This document shows, piece after piece, positions 15,988 through 25,101 of a stretch of 54,488 nt of DNA; positions within the stretch are counted from its first letter, which is position 1, and each line of letters opens with the position of its first letter. The notes under the pieces were generated by a model. That model had not been told where the DNA came from, searched no databases, and saw only the letters and a list, made by a program, of their open reading frames with translations. This DNA is from a virus (Duplodnaviria > Caudoviricetes), in IMG/VR virus record IMGVR_UViG_3300003324_000108, positions 1-54,488 of that record. One strand, written 5' to 3'. The position numbers and the translations under genes were made by a program.

Positions 15988-16211
15988 CGAAGGACTTGAA
16001 CGAACCCCTCACCATGGAACTCACCTTCACCATGGATGAGTGGGCTGACATCGGGAGCATGCTCATGACCATCGCCGCGGATATTGCCCAGGAGGTGTTG
16101 CACGCGGGCGACGCGGAGAAAAGAGCGAGGGGTAGGGTCATGGTGCACCGTGCACACTCCATCGCGGAAACGATAAAGGCCAAGTGGCACGAGGCGAACA
16201 ATGCAGGTTGA
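15984..16211 (+). CDS. hypothetical protein (paralog of 15192..15416)
   Basis: ATGA coupling. Confidence 0.7.
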   Translation: MTKDLNEPLTMELTFTMDEWADIGSMLMTIAADIAQEVLHAGDAEKRARGRVMVHRAHSIAETIKAKWHEANNAG

Positions 16212-16344
16212 CGCCGACAAGCTCGTAAAGTTCTGCAACGAGCGCATCGAAAAGATGCACAACCCCCTGACCAAGGCCATCTACGCGGGTCTGCGTGATC
16301 GTGTTCTGCGCGGGTTCTTCTCTAAGGAGTACGACGGTGACTGA
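16201..16344 (+). CDS. small hypothetical protein (47 aa, not in ORF track)
   Basis: MQVDADKLVKFCNERIEKMHNPLTK...; fills the operon gap. Confidence 0.6.
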   Translation: MQVDADKLVKFCNERIEKMHNPLTKAIYAGLRDRVLRGFFSKEYDGD

Positions 16345-16669
16345 GGAAAAGATCCCTGTACGTCTCACCACGGCGGCTACTGCGTACACCCAGAAACACG
16401 TCGGTGGCATGCAGCCAGTAGAGACTGTCGGCGACAAGGTCTACGCTGCATTCCTCGCTGGCGCACGGTGGATGGCTGTGCGGGCCTGGTCCGAGGGTGC
16501 AGCCTGGGCCGCCGTAGAAATTGGGGCGATAGATCACGAAGACCAGTCGTGGGAGGCTCCCGGCGACAACCCGTACGCGCGGCACGACCACGCCACGCGG
16601 GACATCAAGCCGCTCGGACAGTGCCCTGGCTGTGACGAGTACCACAACCGCAACCTGGACCGGGCATGA
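16337..16669 (+). CDS. hypothetical protein
   Basis: GTG 16337 after AAGGAG. Confidence 0.7.
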   Translation: MTEEKIPVRLTTAATAYTQKHVGGMQPVETVGDKVYAAFLAGARWMAVRAWSEGAAWAAVEIGAIDHEDQSWEAPGDNPYARHDHATRDIKPLGQCPGCDEYHNRNLDRA

Positions 16670-17004
16670 GCTACTACGGCACCGAGTCCCACCCCAACTG
16701 CAACAGCAAGGCTGGTCACGTCTGTCAAGACCTGACCGGCAAGACATGCTGGACGGATGGATGCGAGGAACCAGCCGGGACTCTGTGGGGTCCGTACTGG
16801 TGCCCCGACCACGACGCCGAAAGATTGGATCGCATCTCAGCCGGGATGAGGTCCATACTGGAGGAGTTCAACGACACGAGCCAGTGCATAGGCACCACCG
16901 CGAAAGGTGTCCGGTGCAGGCGCACACACAAAGGCCATGCCGAAGGTGGGTATCTATGCCCCACGCATCGCTGGCAGGACGGGGTAGAAGATGGCAACAG
17001 GTAG
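16666..17004 (+). CDS. Cys/His-rich Zn-binding protein
   Basis: C..DGC, WCPDH, CIGTTAKGVRC, LCPTH. Confidence 0.7.
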   Translation: MSYYGTESHPNCNSKAGHVCQDLTGKTCWTDGCEEPAGTLWGPYWCPDHDAERLDRISAGMRSILEEFNDTSQCIGTTAKGVRCRRTHKGHAEGGYLCPTHRWQDGVEDGNR

Positions 17005-17098
17005 TCCGCGTAGTCCCTGGTTTTGGCCGGTGGTAACGCTCGCCGCCCTGATCGTTCTCGTCGTCGGCGGTACGATCATCGCCCTCATCCAGTCATGA
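16991..17098 (+). CDS. small membrane protein (35 aa, not in ORF track)
   Basis: MATGSPRSPWFWPVVTLAALIVLVVGGTIIALIQS; ATGA coupled to primase. Confidence 0.6.
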   Translation: MATGSPRSPWFWPVVTLAALIVLVVGGTIIALIQS

Positions 17099-18714
17099 CG
17101 GGACAGGCAACTGTCCGCCTCCTGGATGCACTCCAGGCGCACGGCGCGACCATCAAGCAGGCCCCCGGGGGATGGCTGGCAACATGCCCCGTCCCCTCCC
17201 ATGAGGATCGCAACCCCAGTTTCTCCGTGCAGGAGGGGAACGGCATGGTCCTGTACCGGTGTCGTTCCGGGTGTGACCAGGCTGTGGTCACTGACGCGAT
17301 CTACAACGTCCTCGGGCTGACGCGTGACGACCTGTACGACAACCGGCGTGGTGTCGAGTATGTCTACCGTGACAAGCCTGGCGGGCGTGACGTGCGCAAG
17401 GTGCGGCGGTTCAATGACCGTACCAGCGGCACCAAGACATTCGCGCAGGTGGGGCCACAGGCCAGGTCCACACGGGGTGCAGCACTGTACCGCCCCAACG
17501 ACTTCGACCTGGAGAAGGTTCTCGACAAGGACGTGTGGATCGCGGAGGGGGAGAAGGACGCTGACATCCTCTACCGCTACGGGATCCCCGCCGTGTCCGG
17601 TGCTGCTGGTGCTGGCAACTGGGACAAGCATGATTACTCAACAGTGGCAAGGGCGGCACGGGTCACCATCGTCGTGGACGACGACAAGGCCGGGTACGAG
17701 CGGGGCTATGGGCTGTACCACCACCTGACCAGCGTGTACGACGCCAACGTGCGGCTCGTGGTTCCCATGGCAGGGAATGACGTGACAGACCACTTGCTCC
17801 AGGGTCTCACCGTGAACGACTTCAAGGAGATCCCGGGCGATCCGGATTTCGAGGAGCAGGTAGCGGAGCAGCGGCGGGCATGGAAGATCACACGCGAGGC
17901 GAAACGGCGGGACGGTCAGGCGTTCGCTGCTGCGGCTATCGAGAACTTCCACCCGAAGACGCTGGGGGAGATCCAGGACGCCACAGAGGAAGCCCGGGAC
18001 TGGATCATCCCTGACCTTCTGGAGCGGCACGAGCGGTTCGTCCTGACGGGCGCTGAGGGCGGTGGTAAATCGTGGTGGATGCGGCAGGTGATGATTACCG
18101 CGGCAGCTGGGCTGAACCCGTTCTATCCGCACCTGGAGTACACGCCCGTGAAGGTGCTCGCCATCGATGCGGAGAACACCGAACTGCAGTGGCAGCGTTC
18201 CACGAAGTACCTGACGAACCTGGTGCAGGCAAAGGGTGGCAGGGATCCGCGTGACCATGTCATCGTGCAGGCGGGGTATCGCCTCGACTTTACCCAGCAG
18301 GCGCACATCGATCACGTGCACCAGCTGATGGATCTGCACAAGCCGGACATCGTGTTCCTCGGCCCGCTGTACAAGCTGGTCCCGAAGGAGATCACGAACG
18401 ACGACGATGCGGCACCGCTGCTCGCAGCTCTCGATGGGATCCGGGAGCGCGGGGTGGCACTCCTGATGGAAGCCCACGCTGGCAAGTCGAAGGAGCAGGG
18501 TGGGGAACGGAACCTGGCACCTCGCGGTTCGTCGGCGTTGTTGGGCTGGCCGGAATTCGGGTACGGGCTGCGACCATTGACGAATGACCCGGGGATGGCG
18601 ACGATGGTGGGATGGCGTGGGGATCGCGAGCAGCGCCCCTGGCCGAAGATGATTAGGCGCGGGGAGGCTGGGGAGTACCCCTGGGTTCCCACGAATGTTC
18701 AGGGGATGCAATGA
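17095..18714 (+). CDS. DNA primase-helicase (Zn finger, TOPRIM, RecA-like AAA_25 helicase)
   Basis: CPVPSHEDRNPS...CRSGC; IAEGEKDAD and VVDDD; Walker A GAEGGGKS; PRGSSALLGW. Confidence 0.9.
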   Translation: MTGQATVRLLDALQAHGATIKQAPGGWLATCPVPSHEDRNPSFSVQEGNGMVLYRCRSGCDQAVVTDAIYNVLGLTRDDLYDNRRGVEYVYRDKPGGRDVRKVRRFNDRTSGTKTFAQVGPQARSTRGAALYRPNDFDLEKVLDKDVWIAEGEKDADILYRYGIPAVSGAAGAGNWDKHDYSTVARAARVTIVVDDDKAGYERGYGLYHHLTSVYDANVRLVVPMAGNDVTDHLLQGLTVNDFKEIPGDPDFEEQVAEQRRAWKITREAKRRDGQAFAAAAIENFHPKTLGEIQDATEEARDWIIPDLLERHERFVLTGAEGGGKSWWMRQVMITAAAGLNPFYPHLEYTPVKVLAIDAENTELQWQRSTKYLTNLVQAKGGRDPRDHVIVQAGYRLDFTQQAHIDHVHQLMDLHKPDIVFLGPLYKLVPKEITNDDDAAPLLAALDGIRERGVALLMEAHAGKSKEQGGERNLAPRGSSALLGWPEFGYGLRPLTNDPGMATMVGWRGDREQRPWPKMIRRGEAGEYPWVPTNVQGMQ

Positions 18715-19010
18715 GTAAGAAGCCTGTCTTGGTCTCCATTGCGAAGGAGTCCGTACGTGTCTTGGAACTGGCGAAGGGCGAGGACGACGTTCTCGCTGTT
18801 CCTATGGGCCGTCCGTGGCGTTATGTGGGGGACGTTTTCAGGGATGAGATCGTCATCGATGGCACGGCTCGTAAGCGCTGGTTCTCAACTACGAGCATCG
18901 ATGTCACGCTGGGTCCGTTCACGACGAAACGGGAAGCCGTGACGCAGATGCTCGACTGGTACAACCTGGCGGAAGCGCACGTGAAGGACACCAGCGCACC
19001 GCTGTTCTGA
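18711..19010 (+). CDS. hypothetical protein
   Basis: ATGA coupling. Confidence 0.75.
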   Translation: MSKKPVLVSIAKESVRVLELAKGEDDVLAVPMGRPWRYVGDVFRDEIVIDGTARKRWFSTTSIDVTLGPFTTKREAVTQMLDWYNLAEAHVKDTSAPLF

Positions 19011-19011
19011 T

Positions 19012-19041
19012 TTGACCGTAGCCGTCATACCGTAGTACAAT
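19012..19041 (+). promoter_or_regulatory. SigA-like promoter with degenerate operator copy 5 (19022-19040)
   Basis: TTGACC-18bp-TACAAT; CCGTCATAC-C-GTAGTACAA. Confidence 0.75.
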
Positions 19042-19087
19042 ATGTACAGGACCCAAGGTCCAATAATCTACAACGAGGGAGCTGTAA

Positions 19088-19528
19088 GTGGATAGCACTC
19101 TGACCATTGCGGGGAACGTCGCCCGAGGCCCGGAGCTTCGGCAGACCGCATCAGGAAAGTCAGCTGTCGGCCTCACCATTGCGGTGAACAAGCGGCGGTA
19201 CAACCAGGATACGAAGCAGTGGGAAGACGGTGACGCCACATTCATCGACGCCAGCGCCTTCGACACCCTCGCCGACAACATCGCCGCATCCATCAGCACA
19301 GGTGACCGTGTGATCGTCAACGGATCCATCCGCCAGGACAACTGGGTGGACAAGGAATCCGGCACGAACCGCTCCAAGCTGGTCATGGTCATCGATGAGA
19401 TCGGCCCGTCCCTCAAGTTCGGCACCACCCAGTTCAGCAAGGGTGGCGGCGGCTCCCGCCAGGCTCAGCAGAACACCACCGAGGACTCCTGGGCATCGTC
19501 CGGGATCGACACGCAGACCCCCTGGTGA
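19088..19528 (+). CDS. ssb: single-stranded DNA-binding protein
   Basis: TIAGNVARGPELRQTASGK...GDRVIVNG...DEIGPSLKF; C-terminal tail ending in PW. Confidence 0.95.
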   Translation: MDSTLTIAGNVARGPELRQTASGKSAVGLTIAVNKRRYNQDTKQWEDGDATFIDASAFDTLADNIAASISTGDRVIVNGSIRQDNWVDKESGTNRSKLVMVIDEIGPSLKFGTTQFSKGGGGSRQAQQNTTEDSWASSGIDTQTPW

Positions 19529-20010
19529 CGATCCTCCAGTTCACCGCCTACGGGGTTCCGGCCCCGCAAGGCAGCGTGAAGTCCATCCCCCTCAAAGGCG
19601 GCAAGGGCGTGCGCACCGTAGCGAAAACGCCACGACTCGTTGAGTGGCGTGAGGTTGTTCGCCATGCTGCCGAGATGGCAGCGGGTCCCACCTGGCAGAC
19701 TCAGGATGGACCGGCCATCATCCGCATGACGTTCTGGGTTCCTCGCCCAAAGAACGCGCCTAAGACGGTGGACGTTCTCCCCCTCCGTGGGGAGGACAGC
19801 GATAAGTATGCGAGGGCTACTAATGACGCCATCACAAACGCCGGGATCTGGACGGATGATAGCCGGGTTATCCGCATGGAGGTTGAGAAGCTCTATGCGG
19901 TAGGGCCAGACCTCCCCAAGATTTACGACCCGGCAATACACAAGTCGATGCCCTGTGTGGAGGTGGTTATCCGATGGATACCCAACGACGCCACATCACT
20001 CCGTGGATAG
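19525..20010 (+). CDS. rusA: RusA-like Holliday junction resolvase
   Basis: GVPAPQGS, DSDKYARATNDAIT...IWTDDSRV. Confidence 0.88.
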   Translation: MTILQFTAYGVPAPQGSVKSIPLKGGKGVRTVAKTPRLVEWREVVRHAAEMAAGPTWQTQDGPAIIRMTFWVPRPKNAPKTVDVLPLRGEDSDKYARATNDAITNAGIWTDDSRVIRMEVEKLYAVGPDLPKIYDPAIHKSMPCVEVVIRWIPNDATSLRG

Positions 20011-20537
20011 TCGAGGAGATGGTCCGCGCCCTTGAGGTCGGACAGGACACTTGCATCCTGCTCCACCCGGGGATGCTCCCGCAGAACAAGATGCCGCGGG
20101 TGCGTGTGCCGGACGGACGCCGCATGTTCCTGCACCGCTACCTGTACTGGCGGGCGACGGGTGAGGAACTGGAACCGGAAACCGCTCTCCTGCGGAACTG
20201 CAGGAACAGCACATGCCTGAACCCGTTCCACTATCGGCAGTCCCGACGCCGGTCGATGCAGCGGGTGGTGTGCCCGAACGGTCACCGCTACCCGAAGCAG
20301 GAAACGGTGAAGTTGAAGTGGGGCTACCGGTGCGTCACCTGCTACCAGGACAGGTTGCGGCGCAACAGGAAAGGTGAGCACGGGAAAGGGAAGTGCAGGA
20401 AGGGCCACCGGTTGACCGGGGACAACGTGTATTGGTACACGAGACAACGTGACGGGAAGCGCATCCGGAAGTGTCGCAGGTGCGCGAAAGAAGTACAGCA
20501 GCAGTATCGGGACAGGAAGGCAACATCACATGGTTGA
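19974..20537 (+). CDS. HNH-like multi-Zn-finger protein
   Basis: LHRYLY, CLNPFH, CPNGH, CVTC, CRKGH, CRRC. Confidence 0.7.
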   Translation: MDTQRRHITPWIVEEMVRALEVGQDTCILLHPGMLPQNKMPRVRVPDGRRMFLHRYLYWRATGEELEPETALLRNCRNSTCLNPFHYRQSRRRSMQRVVCPNGHRYPKQETVKLKWGYRCVTCYQDRLRRNRKGEHGKGKCRKGHRLTGDNVYWYTRQRDGKRIRKCRRCAKEVQQQYRDRKATSHG

Positions 20538-21156
20538 CGAGAAGCGGGGCCTCACGAGGGCGCAGGTAGAGCGGCTGCTCCAGCCCATCGACCCCACTCA
20601 TGTGGACAAGAAGCAGGGAAAGCTGTCTTACATGTCCCAGCATCAGGTGCGTGCCGAGCTGACGCGCGTGTTCGGGCCGACCGGCTGGGACTCGCAGGTA
20701 GAGCGCATGGAGTTCCTCTGGGAAGACTCCTACGAGAACAAGGGCAAGACCTACTACCGCGCCTGCTACATGGCCCAGGTCCGGCTCAACATTCGCGACT
20801 ACTGGGGGAACGCCGTCGCGTCCTTCGTGGAATGCCACGCGGAAGCGAACAGCGGCCTGCCCGACCGCGGCGAAGCACATGCCATGGCGATCACGTCCGT
20901 GGAGTCCTACGCCCTCCGTCGCGCCGCCATTGGTCTCGGTGACCGGCTCGGCCTGGGACTGTACGATGACGGCTCCACTAAGGCCCTCGTGAAGGGCAGC
21001 CTCGTCCTGGTGGACAAGGACTCCCCGCTCTATTCGGGCGGGAAGCCGACGCCTCCTAGCGATGTACCTGAGGAACCGCCTGCTCCCACGGCTCAGCCTG
21101 TCAGCGCTCGCCTGCAGAAGGCCGTACACGCGGGAGCCGGTGTTGAGTCTCGCTGA
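20530..21156 (+). CDS. Rad52/Sak-family single-strand annealing protein
   Basis: LSYMSQHQVRAELTRVFGPTGW...SVESYALRRAAIGLG...GLGLYD. Confidence 0.85.
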   Translation: MVDEKRGLTRAQVERLLQPIDPTHVDKKQGKLSYMSQHQVRAELTRVFGPTGWDSQVERMEFLWEDSYENKGKTYYRACYMAQVRLNIRDYWGNAVASFVECHAEANSGLPDRGEAHAMAITSVESYALRRAAIGLGDRLGLGLYDDGSTKALVKGSLVLVDKDSPLYSGGKPTPPSDVPEEPPAPTAQPVSARLQKAVHAGAGVESR

Positions 21157-22054
21157 CGAACTCCTGGTAGCCCTCAAGGCTCACGAGGAGGAGAGGCCCC
21201 GTAGCAAGCAGCTCACCCTCGGGCCGTCCGAGCTGGGCGGGTGCAGGGAATACATTCGCAACGTCATGATGGAAACCCCGCGGCAGGTTCCTGATGAATG
21301 GCCCACCGCGGCGGTCGTCGGAACCCTCGTGGGCGAGCACGTGGAGAAGGTGGCCGAGAAGCACATGGGGGCCATGACGGAGGTCCCCGTCGTGACAGTC
21401 CTCCCCAACGGCCTCACCGTCGCCGGTCACGCAGACATCGTGCTGTTCGAGCGCAACATGGTCATGGACGTGAAGAGCAAGGACAAGTTCGACGGTGTCA
21501 AGCGCGAAGGACCCAGCCTGGAGAACTGCGTCCAGATCAGCGTCTACGCGCTCGGGCTCGTGCAGGAGGGAATCCTGGAGGAAGGGTGCACCGCGCACCT
21601 GATCTACGTGGATCGTTCTGGGGAAACCCAGATCCTCCACGAGGAGATCCTGGACTGGGACCAGCAGCAGCAGTACATCGAGGTTGCAATGAACCGCTTG
21701 CAGGACGTGGTGGACGCGCAGGATCGCATCGACCGTGGCGAGGTGGAAGCCGCCCGGGAGTTGCGGGACAAGACGCCGCCGTTCTGCTACTCGAAGAAGG
21801 TGCAGTGTCCGTTCCGTGATGCGTGCTGGCTCGGGTCCGAATGGGTGCCGCACGAGGTGATCGAGGATCCGGACATTCTCAAGATCATCGACGTATACAA
21901 GGATGCTCGCGACACCGAGAAGATCGGGGGGAACATGCGCCGCGAATATCGCGAGAAGCTGCGTGGCGTGTCCGGGGTTACGCCGGATGGATGGGCTGTG
22001 ACATGGGCCGGTTCGGAGGAGCGCCCCATGCTGTACGTGACTCGGGTTCGATGA
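21140..22054 (+). CDS. PD-(D/E)XK / Cas4-like exonuclease
   Basis: GPSELGGC, GHADIV, DVKSK, QISVYALG, C....QCPFRDAC. Confidence 0.85.
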   Translation: MLSLADELLVALKAHEEERPRSKQLTLGPSELGGCREYIRNVMMETPRQVPDEWPTAAVVGTLVGEHVEKVAEKHMGAMTEVPVVTVLPNGLTVAGHADIVLFERNMVMDVKSKDKFDGVKREGPSLENCVQISVYALGLVQEGILEEGCTAHLIYVDRSGETQILHEEILDWDQQQQYIEVAMNRLQDVVDAQDRIDRGEVEAARELRDKTPPFCYSKKVQCPFRDACWLGSEWVPHEVIEDPDILKIIDVYKDARDTEKIGGNMRREYREKLRGVSGVTPDGWAVTWAGSEERPMLYVTRVR

Positions 22055-22055
22055 C

Positions 22056-22439
22056 ATGGAGACGATCCTGGAGTACATCGAAGAGGTGATGCTTCCTCGG
22101 CTCGACCGGGACCGTGCGGAAAGGATCCTGTCACGTGCACGTGGCTGCGTAGACGGCTACGGCGCACAGCACAGGGCCATCACAGCAGCCCGAATGAACG
22201 GCATTGAGGCGGAAGCTGTGGAAGCTTCCGAACGCCTCCGTGCAGCCGCGTGGGACACCGTATGGGATTCCACGCAGACGGAAGCCTGGCTGATGAGTTG
22301 GGTGATGAGCCGGGTCGGGCTCGCCATCGCAACCATTGACCACGTCGGGGATGGGCACTACGGGTTCCAGGATTACATCGACCTGGTTGACCCGTTCGCC
22401 GCAGGGTTCCCCGACTTCCCGATACCTACGAAGGAGTGA
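22056..22439 (+). CDS. hypothetical protein
   Basis: ORF in operon. Confidence 0.75.
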   Translation: METILEYIEEVMLPRLDRDRAERILSRARGCVDGYGAQHRAITAARMNGIEAEAVEASERLRAAAWDTVWDSTQTEAWLMSWVMSRVGLAIATIDHVGDGHYGFQDYIDLVDPFAAGFPDFPIPTKE

Positions 22440-22799
22440 GTGATGGAGATATACGAGCAGTTGACCCTGGGTGCCCTGATCGATGCGCTGGATGAGCTGG
22501 GCGATGACTACGTGCGCGGCCTCGGCAGGGAGATCGACTCCTACCGCGGCTACTACGAGCGCAACACCATCGAGCCGGATCCCGATGAGGTGAACCGGGC
22601 GAGGGTGCTGGCCGAGATCTACCGCAAGCAGATCGGCAAGTACATCCAGGGCTACAAGGGCGGTGACTACCGCGTGAGCACCGACGAGAACGTCTACTGC
22701 GCTCCCTACGGAGCCACCGGCCCCGCCATCTGCGGATTCATTCGTACCGACGATGGTGTGTACGAGCCGCTCCTGGTGCACGTTTTCCCGTGGGGTTGA
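22440..22799 (+). CDS. hypothetical protein (LTLGALIDAL...SYRGYY)
   Basis: RBS AAGGAG. Confidence 0.75.
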   Translation: MMEIYEQLTLGALIDALDELGDDYVRGLGREIDSYRGYYERNTIEPDPDEVNRARVLAEIYRKQIGKYIQGYKGGDYRVSTDENVYCAPYGATGPAICGFIRTDDGVYEPLLVHVFPWG

Positions 22800-22966
22800 T
22801 GATGAGGACCGTGTTCACCTTCGGTGACATCAAGAAGGTCAGGATCATCGGACCAGACCTTGTCGGGTTCGGATCGTTCGGAACCTACCATGACGGCGTG
22901 ACGCTGGAGCTGCAAGACGATGGTCAGACACTGCGGATCGCGCCCATCGAGAAGGAGGAGTCGTGA
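22799..22966 (+). CDS. small hypothetical protein (55 aa, not in ORF track)
   Basis: TGATG and GTGA coupling. Confidence 0.6.
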   Translation: MMRTVFTFGDIKKVRIIGPDLVGFGSFGTYHDGVTLELQDDGQTLRIAPIEKEES

Positions 22967-23349
22967 GCGAGATCGATGACCTGATCGCACGTGCGCGTGC
23001 CCGCGTGATGGGGCACCGCGACTTCGCGAAGCATGCCCGGACAAGCGCAGAGCTAGATGCCCTGTACAACGACCACGAGGAGCTGGCGAAGGCCCTTGAG
23101 GAGGCAGTCCGGGAGATGCACGCGCGGGAGCTGCACCATTTCGAGGAGGAGAAGTTACGGGCGGAAGCCGAGACCGAACGTGACGCCCTCCGCGCCGCGA
23201 TCCAGCCCGTTCTCGATGCCTGGAACATCCCTGGGATTCGACCGGACTATCACGAGTGGGCAAAGCGCGAACTCTGGCGCATGTGGTCCACTCTCAGCGT
23301 TGCGCTGGACGAGATGGCCCGCGCTATCGACATGAAGGAGAAGGAATGA
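22963..23349 (+). CDS. hypothetical coiled-coil protein
   Basis: RBS AAGGAGG. Confidence 0.75.
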   Translation: MSEIDDLIARARARVMGHRDFAKHARTSAELDALYNDHEELAKALEEAVREMHARELHHFEEEKLRAEAETERDALRAAIQPVLDAWNIPGIRPDYHEWAKRELWRMWSTLSVALDEMARAIDMKEKE

Positions 23350-23573
23350 CCAAGGGAGTCCCTGACGGATGCAAGCTCCGTGACGACTACGAAGAAGAGG
23401 AAGTCCTGGAGCCGGGGCATTGGACGGTAGCCAATCTCATCGCAATGCTCCAAGGCCATGACCAAGACGCCCGCGTGTGGATCGTGGACGACTGGGCCGT
23501 GGATAGCGATGACGACATGACCATCCACCCCATGGACATCATCCTCGGGAACAACGGCGAGGTGTTCCTGTGA
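23346..23573 (+). CDS. acidic hypothetical protein
   Basis: ATGA coupling. Confidence 0.7.
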   Translation: MTKGVPDGCKLRDDYEEEEVLEPGHWTVANLIAMLQGHDQDARVWIVDDWAVDSDDDMTIHPMDIILGNNGEVFL

Positions 23574-23830
23574 CCGTCAACCCGCCCATCAAGTTCCGCA
23601 TCATCCCCGAACGGCTGGGGCGGCACACGGACGTGAAGCCGTTCACCATCCAGCTGTACGAACACCGCAGGCACACCGCGGACATTCTCGCAGAGAAGCT
23701 GCACAAGGCGGTCAGGAAGTACTTACTCAGCGACCGCTATTCCACCGTCGTGGACCTCGACAAGGGAGTGTTCCACATCACGCTTGGCCGTCACGGTCAG
23801 GGCACTATCGAGAAAGTTGAGGAGGAGTAA
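23570..23830 (+). CDS. hypothetical protein
   Basis: GTGA coupling. Confidence 0.7.
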   Translation: MTVNPPIKFRIIPERLGRHTDVKPFTIQLYEHRRHTADILAEKLHKAVRKYLLSDRYSTVVDLDKGVFHITLGRHGQGTIEKVEEE

Positions 23831-24084
23831 TGAGCAAATCATCAGCGCAAGATCTACTGGACGGCCTCGGCAGGCTGGGCGTGGAACTTGCGGCACGTTC
23901 AAAAGAAAGCCTGGCACGGGGGGACACGGCCATGTCTGGCGCGTGTGGTGTCGTCGTCGGCTTCATCCAAGACATCGGACCAAGGTTGGAGCATGCGTTC
24001 AACCACGGCGCTGACATCGGCGTAGGCGCGGAACTCGACCAGTTCTACGCGGGGATGCGCGACTCCATCAAGGAGGGGGAGTAA
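23830..24084 (+). CDS. hypothetical protein
   Basis: TAATG coupling. Confidence 0.7.
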   Translation: MSKSSAQDLLDGLGRLGVELAARSKESLARGDTAMSGACGVVVGFIQDIGPRLEHAFNHGADIGVGAELDQFYAGMRDSIKEGE

Positions 24085-24965
24085 TGGCAAGTTACACAAG
24101 CCGGATCATGGCTGACCTGGAGAAGCAAGGCGCGAAGGTGCGCATGACAAAGAAGGGGATCATGGTGACCACGTCATACGGATCAACCACCCTGCACAAC
24201 ACACCCAGCGATCACCGGTACCTACAGAATGACGCCGCGGAGTTGAAGCGGATCGGCCTGGAACACCCGGACGTGTCGAAGCCACAGAAGCCGAAGCAGA
24301 AGAAAATGCACGCTCACATGGCAGGGGAATATCCCGATTACATCAAGAACGATGTGTCGCAATCGTTCATCCGCCAGGCCCGCAAGGAGCTGTGGGAGAA
24401 GGGTTGGCCGCTGGAGGTAACCACGTCCGACCTCAGTGTCGCCAAGACGGTAGGCACGAAGGGTGCAATCCTCTACTCACTCGGATACCGCTGGCACCCC
24501 GAGGGGAAGAAGCGTGGCCGGTTCCTCATCTGGGTCGCACCCGATGAAATCGTGAAGGCCCACCATGAACTCAAGAAGGTCCGGGAGACGGGTGGACCGA
24601 GCCCGCTGGAGATGGCTAAGCGTGCACGGTTGGGTGCGAACCTACCGCCCCTTGACTTCGTGAAGCCGGTAGGACACGAGGGGGAACATCATCCCGTGAA
24701 GTTCAACGAGGGGGATATCCCAGTCCCGGAAGTGAAGGTGGTTCATGAGTTCATGCCCGAGGGTGCCATCGTGAACCCGACACCCCAGCCGGAACCCGAG
24801 GTGGTTGTGCACAAGGAGGCGGACATGGAGTTCATCGATACCCGCGACAGCTGGGTGCTCGGCGAACTCCCCGGCTACACCACGATCAACTCCATGAGGG
24901 AGATGGCGAATGCCATGGGCCTGGAGCTGGAGATCAGGGTGTGGCGGAAGAAGACAGAGGACTGA
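24084..24965 (+). CDS. protein with N-terminal HicA-like domain
   Basis: KVRMTKKG...TLHNTPSDHRYLQNDAAELKRIGL resembles actinophage HicA-like proteins. Confidence 0.6.
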   Translation: MASYTSRIMADLEKQGAKVRMTKKGIMVTTSYGSTTLHNTPSDHRYLQNDAAELKRIGLEHPDVSKPQKPKQKKMHAHMAGEYPDYIKNDVSQSFIRQARKELWEKGWPLEVTTSDLSVAKTVGTKGAILYSLGYRWHPEGKKRGRFLIWVAPDEIVKAHHELKKVRETGGPSPLEMAKRARLGANLPPLDFVKPVGHEGEHHPVKFNEGDIPVPEVKVVHEFMPEGAIVNPTPQPEPEVVVHKEADMEFIDTRDSWVLGELPGYTTINSMREMANAMGLELEIRVWRKKTED

Positions 24966-24966
24966 C

Positions 24967-25098
24967 ATGGCCCTCGCAATCATCGGCATCGCAACCACGA
25001 TGATCCTCCTCGGAGGCATCGTCACCCTGCTCGCCATCATCGTTTTCGGAGCGAACAACAAGCTTCGGAAGTCCCGCAAGAATGACCCTGAAAGGTAA
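24967..25098 (+). CDS. small membrane protein
   Basis: hydrophobic N-terminus, basic tail. Confidence 0.65.
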   Translation: MALAIIGIATTMILLGGIVTLLAIIVFGANNKLRKSRKNDPER

Positions 25099-25101
25099 AC
25101 C

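Noticed and set aside
21140-22054. Cas4-like gene as sign of a CRISPR system
   Set aside because: No repeat-spacer array or other cas genes seen; it sits beside the Rad52-like annealase as an ordinary recombination exonuclease
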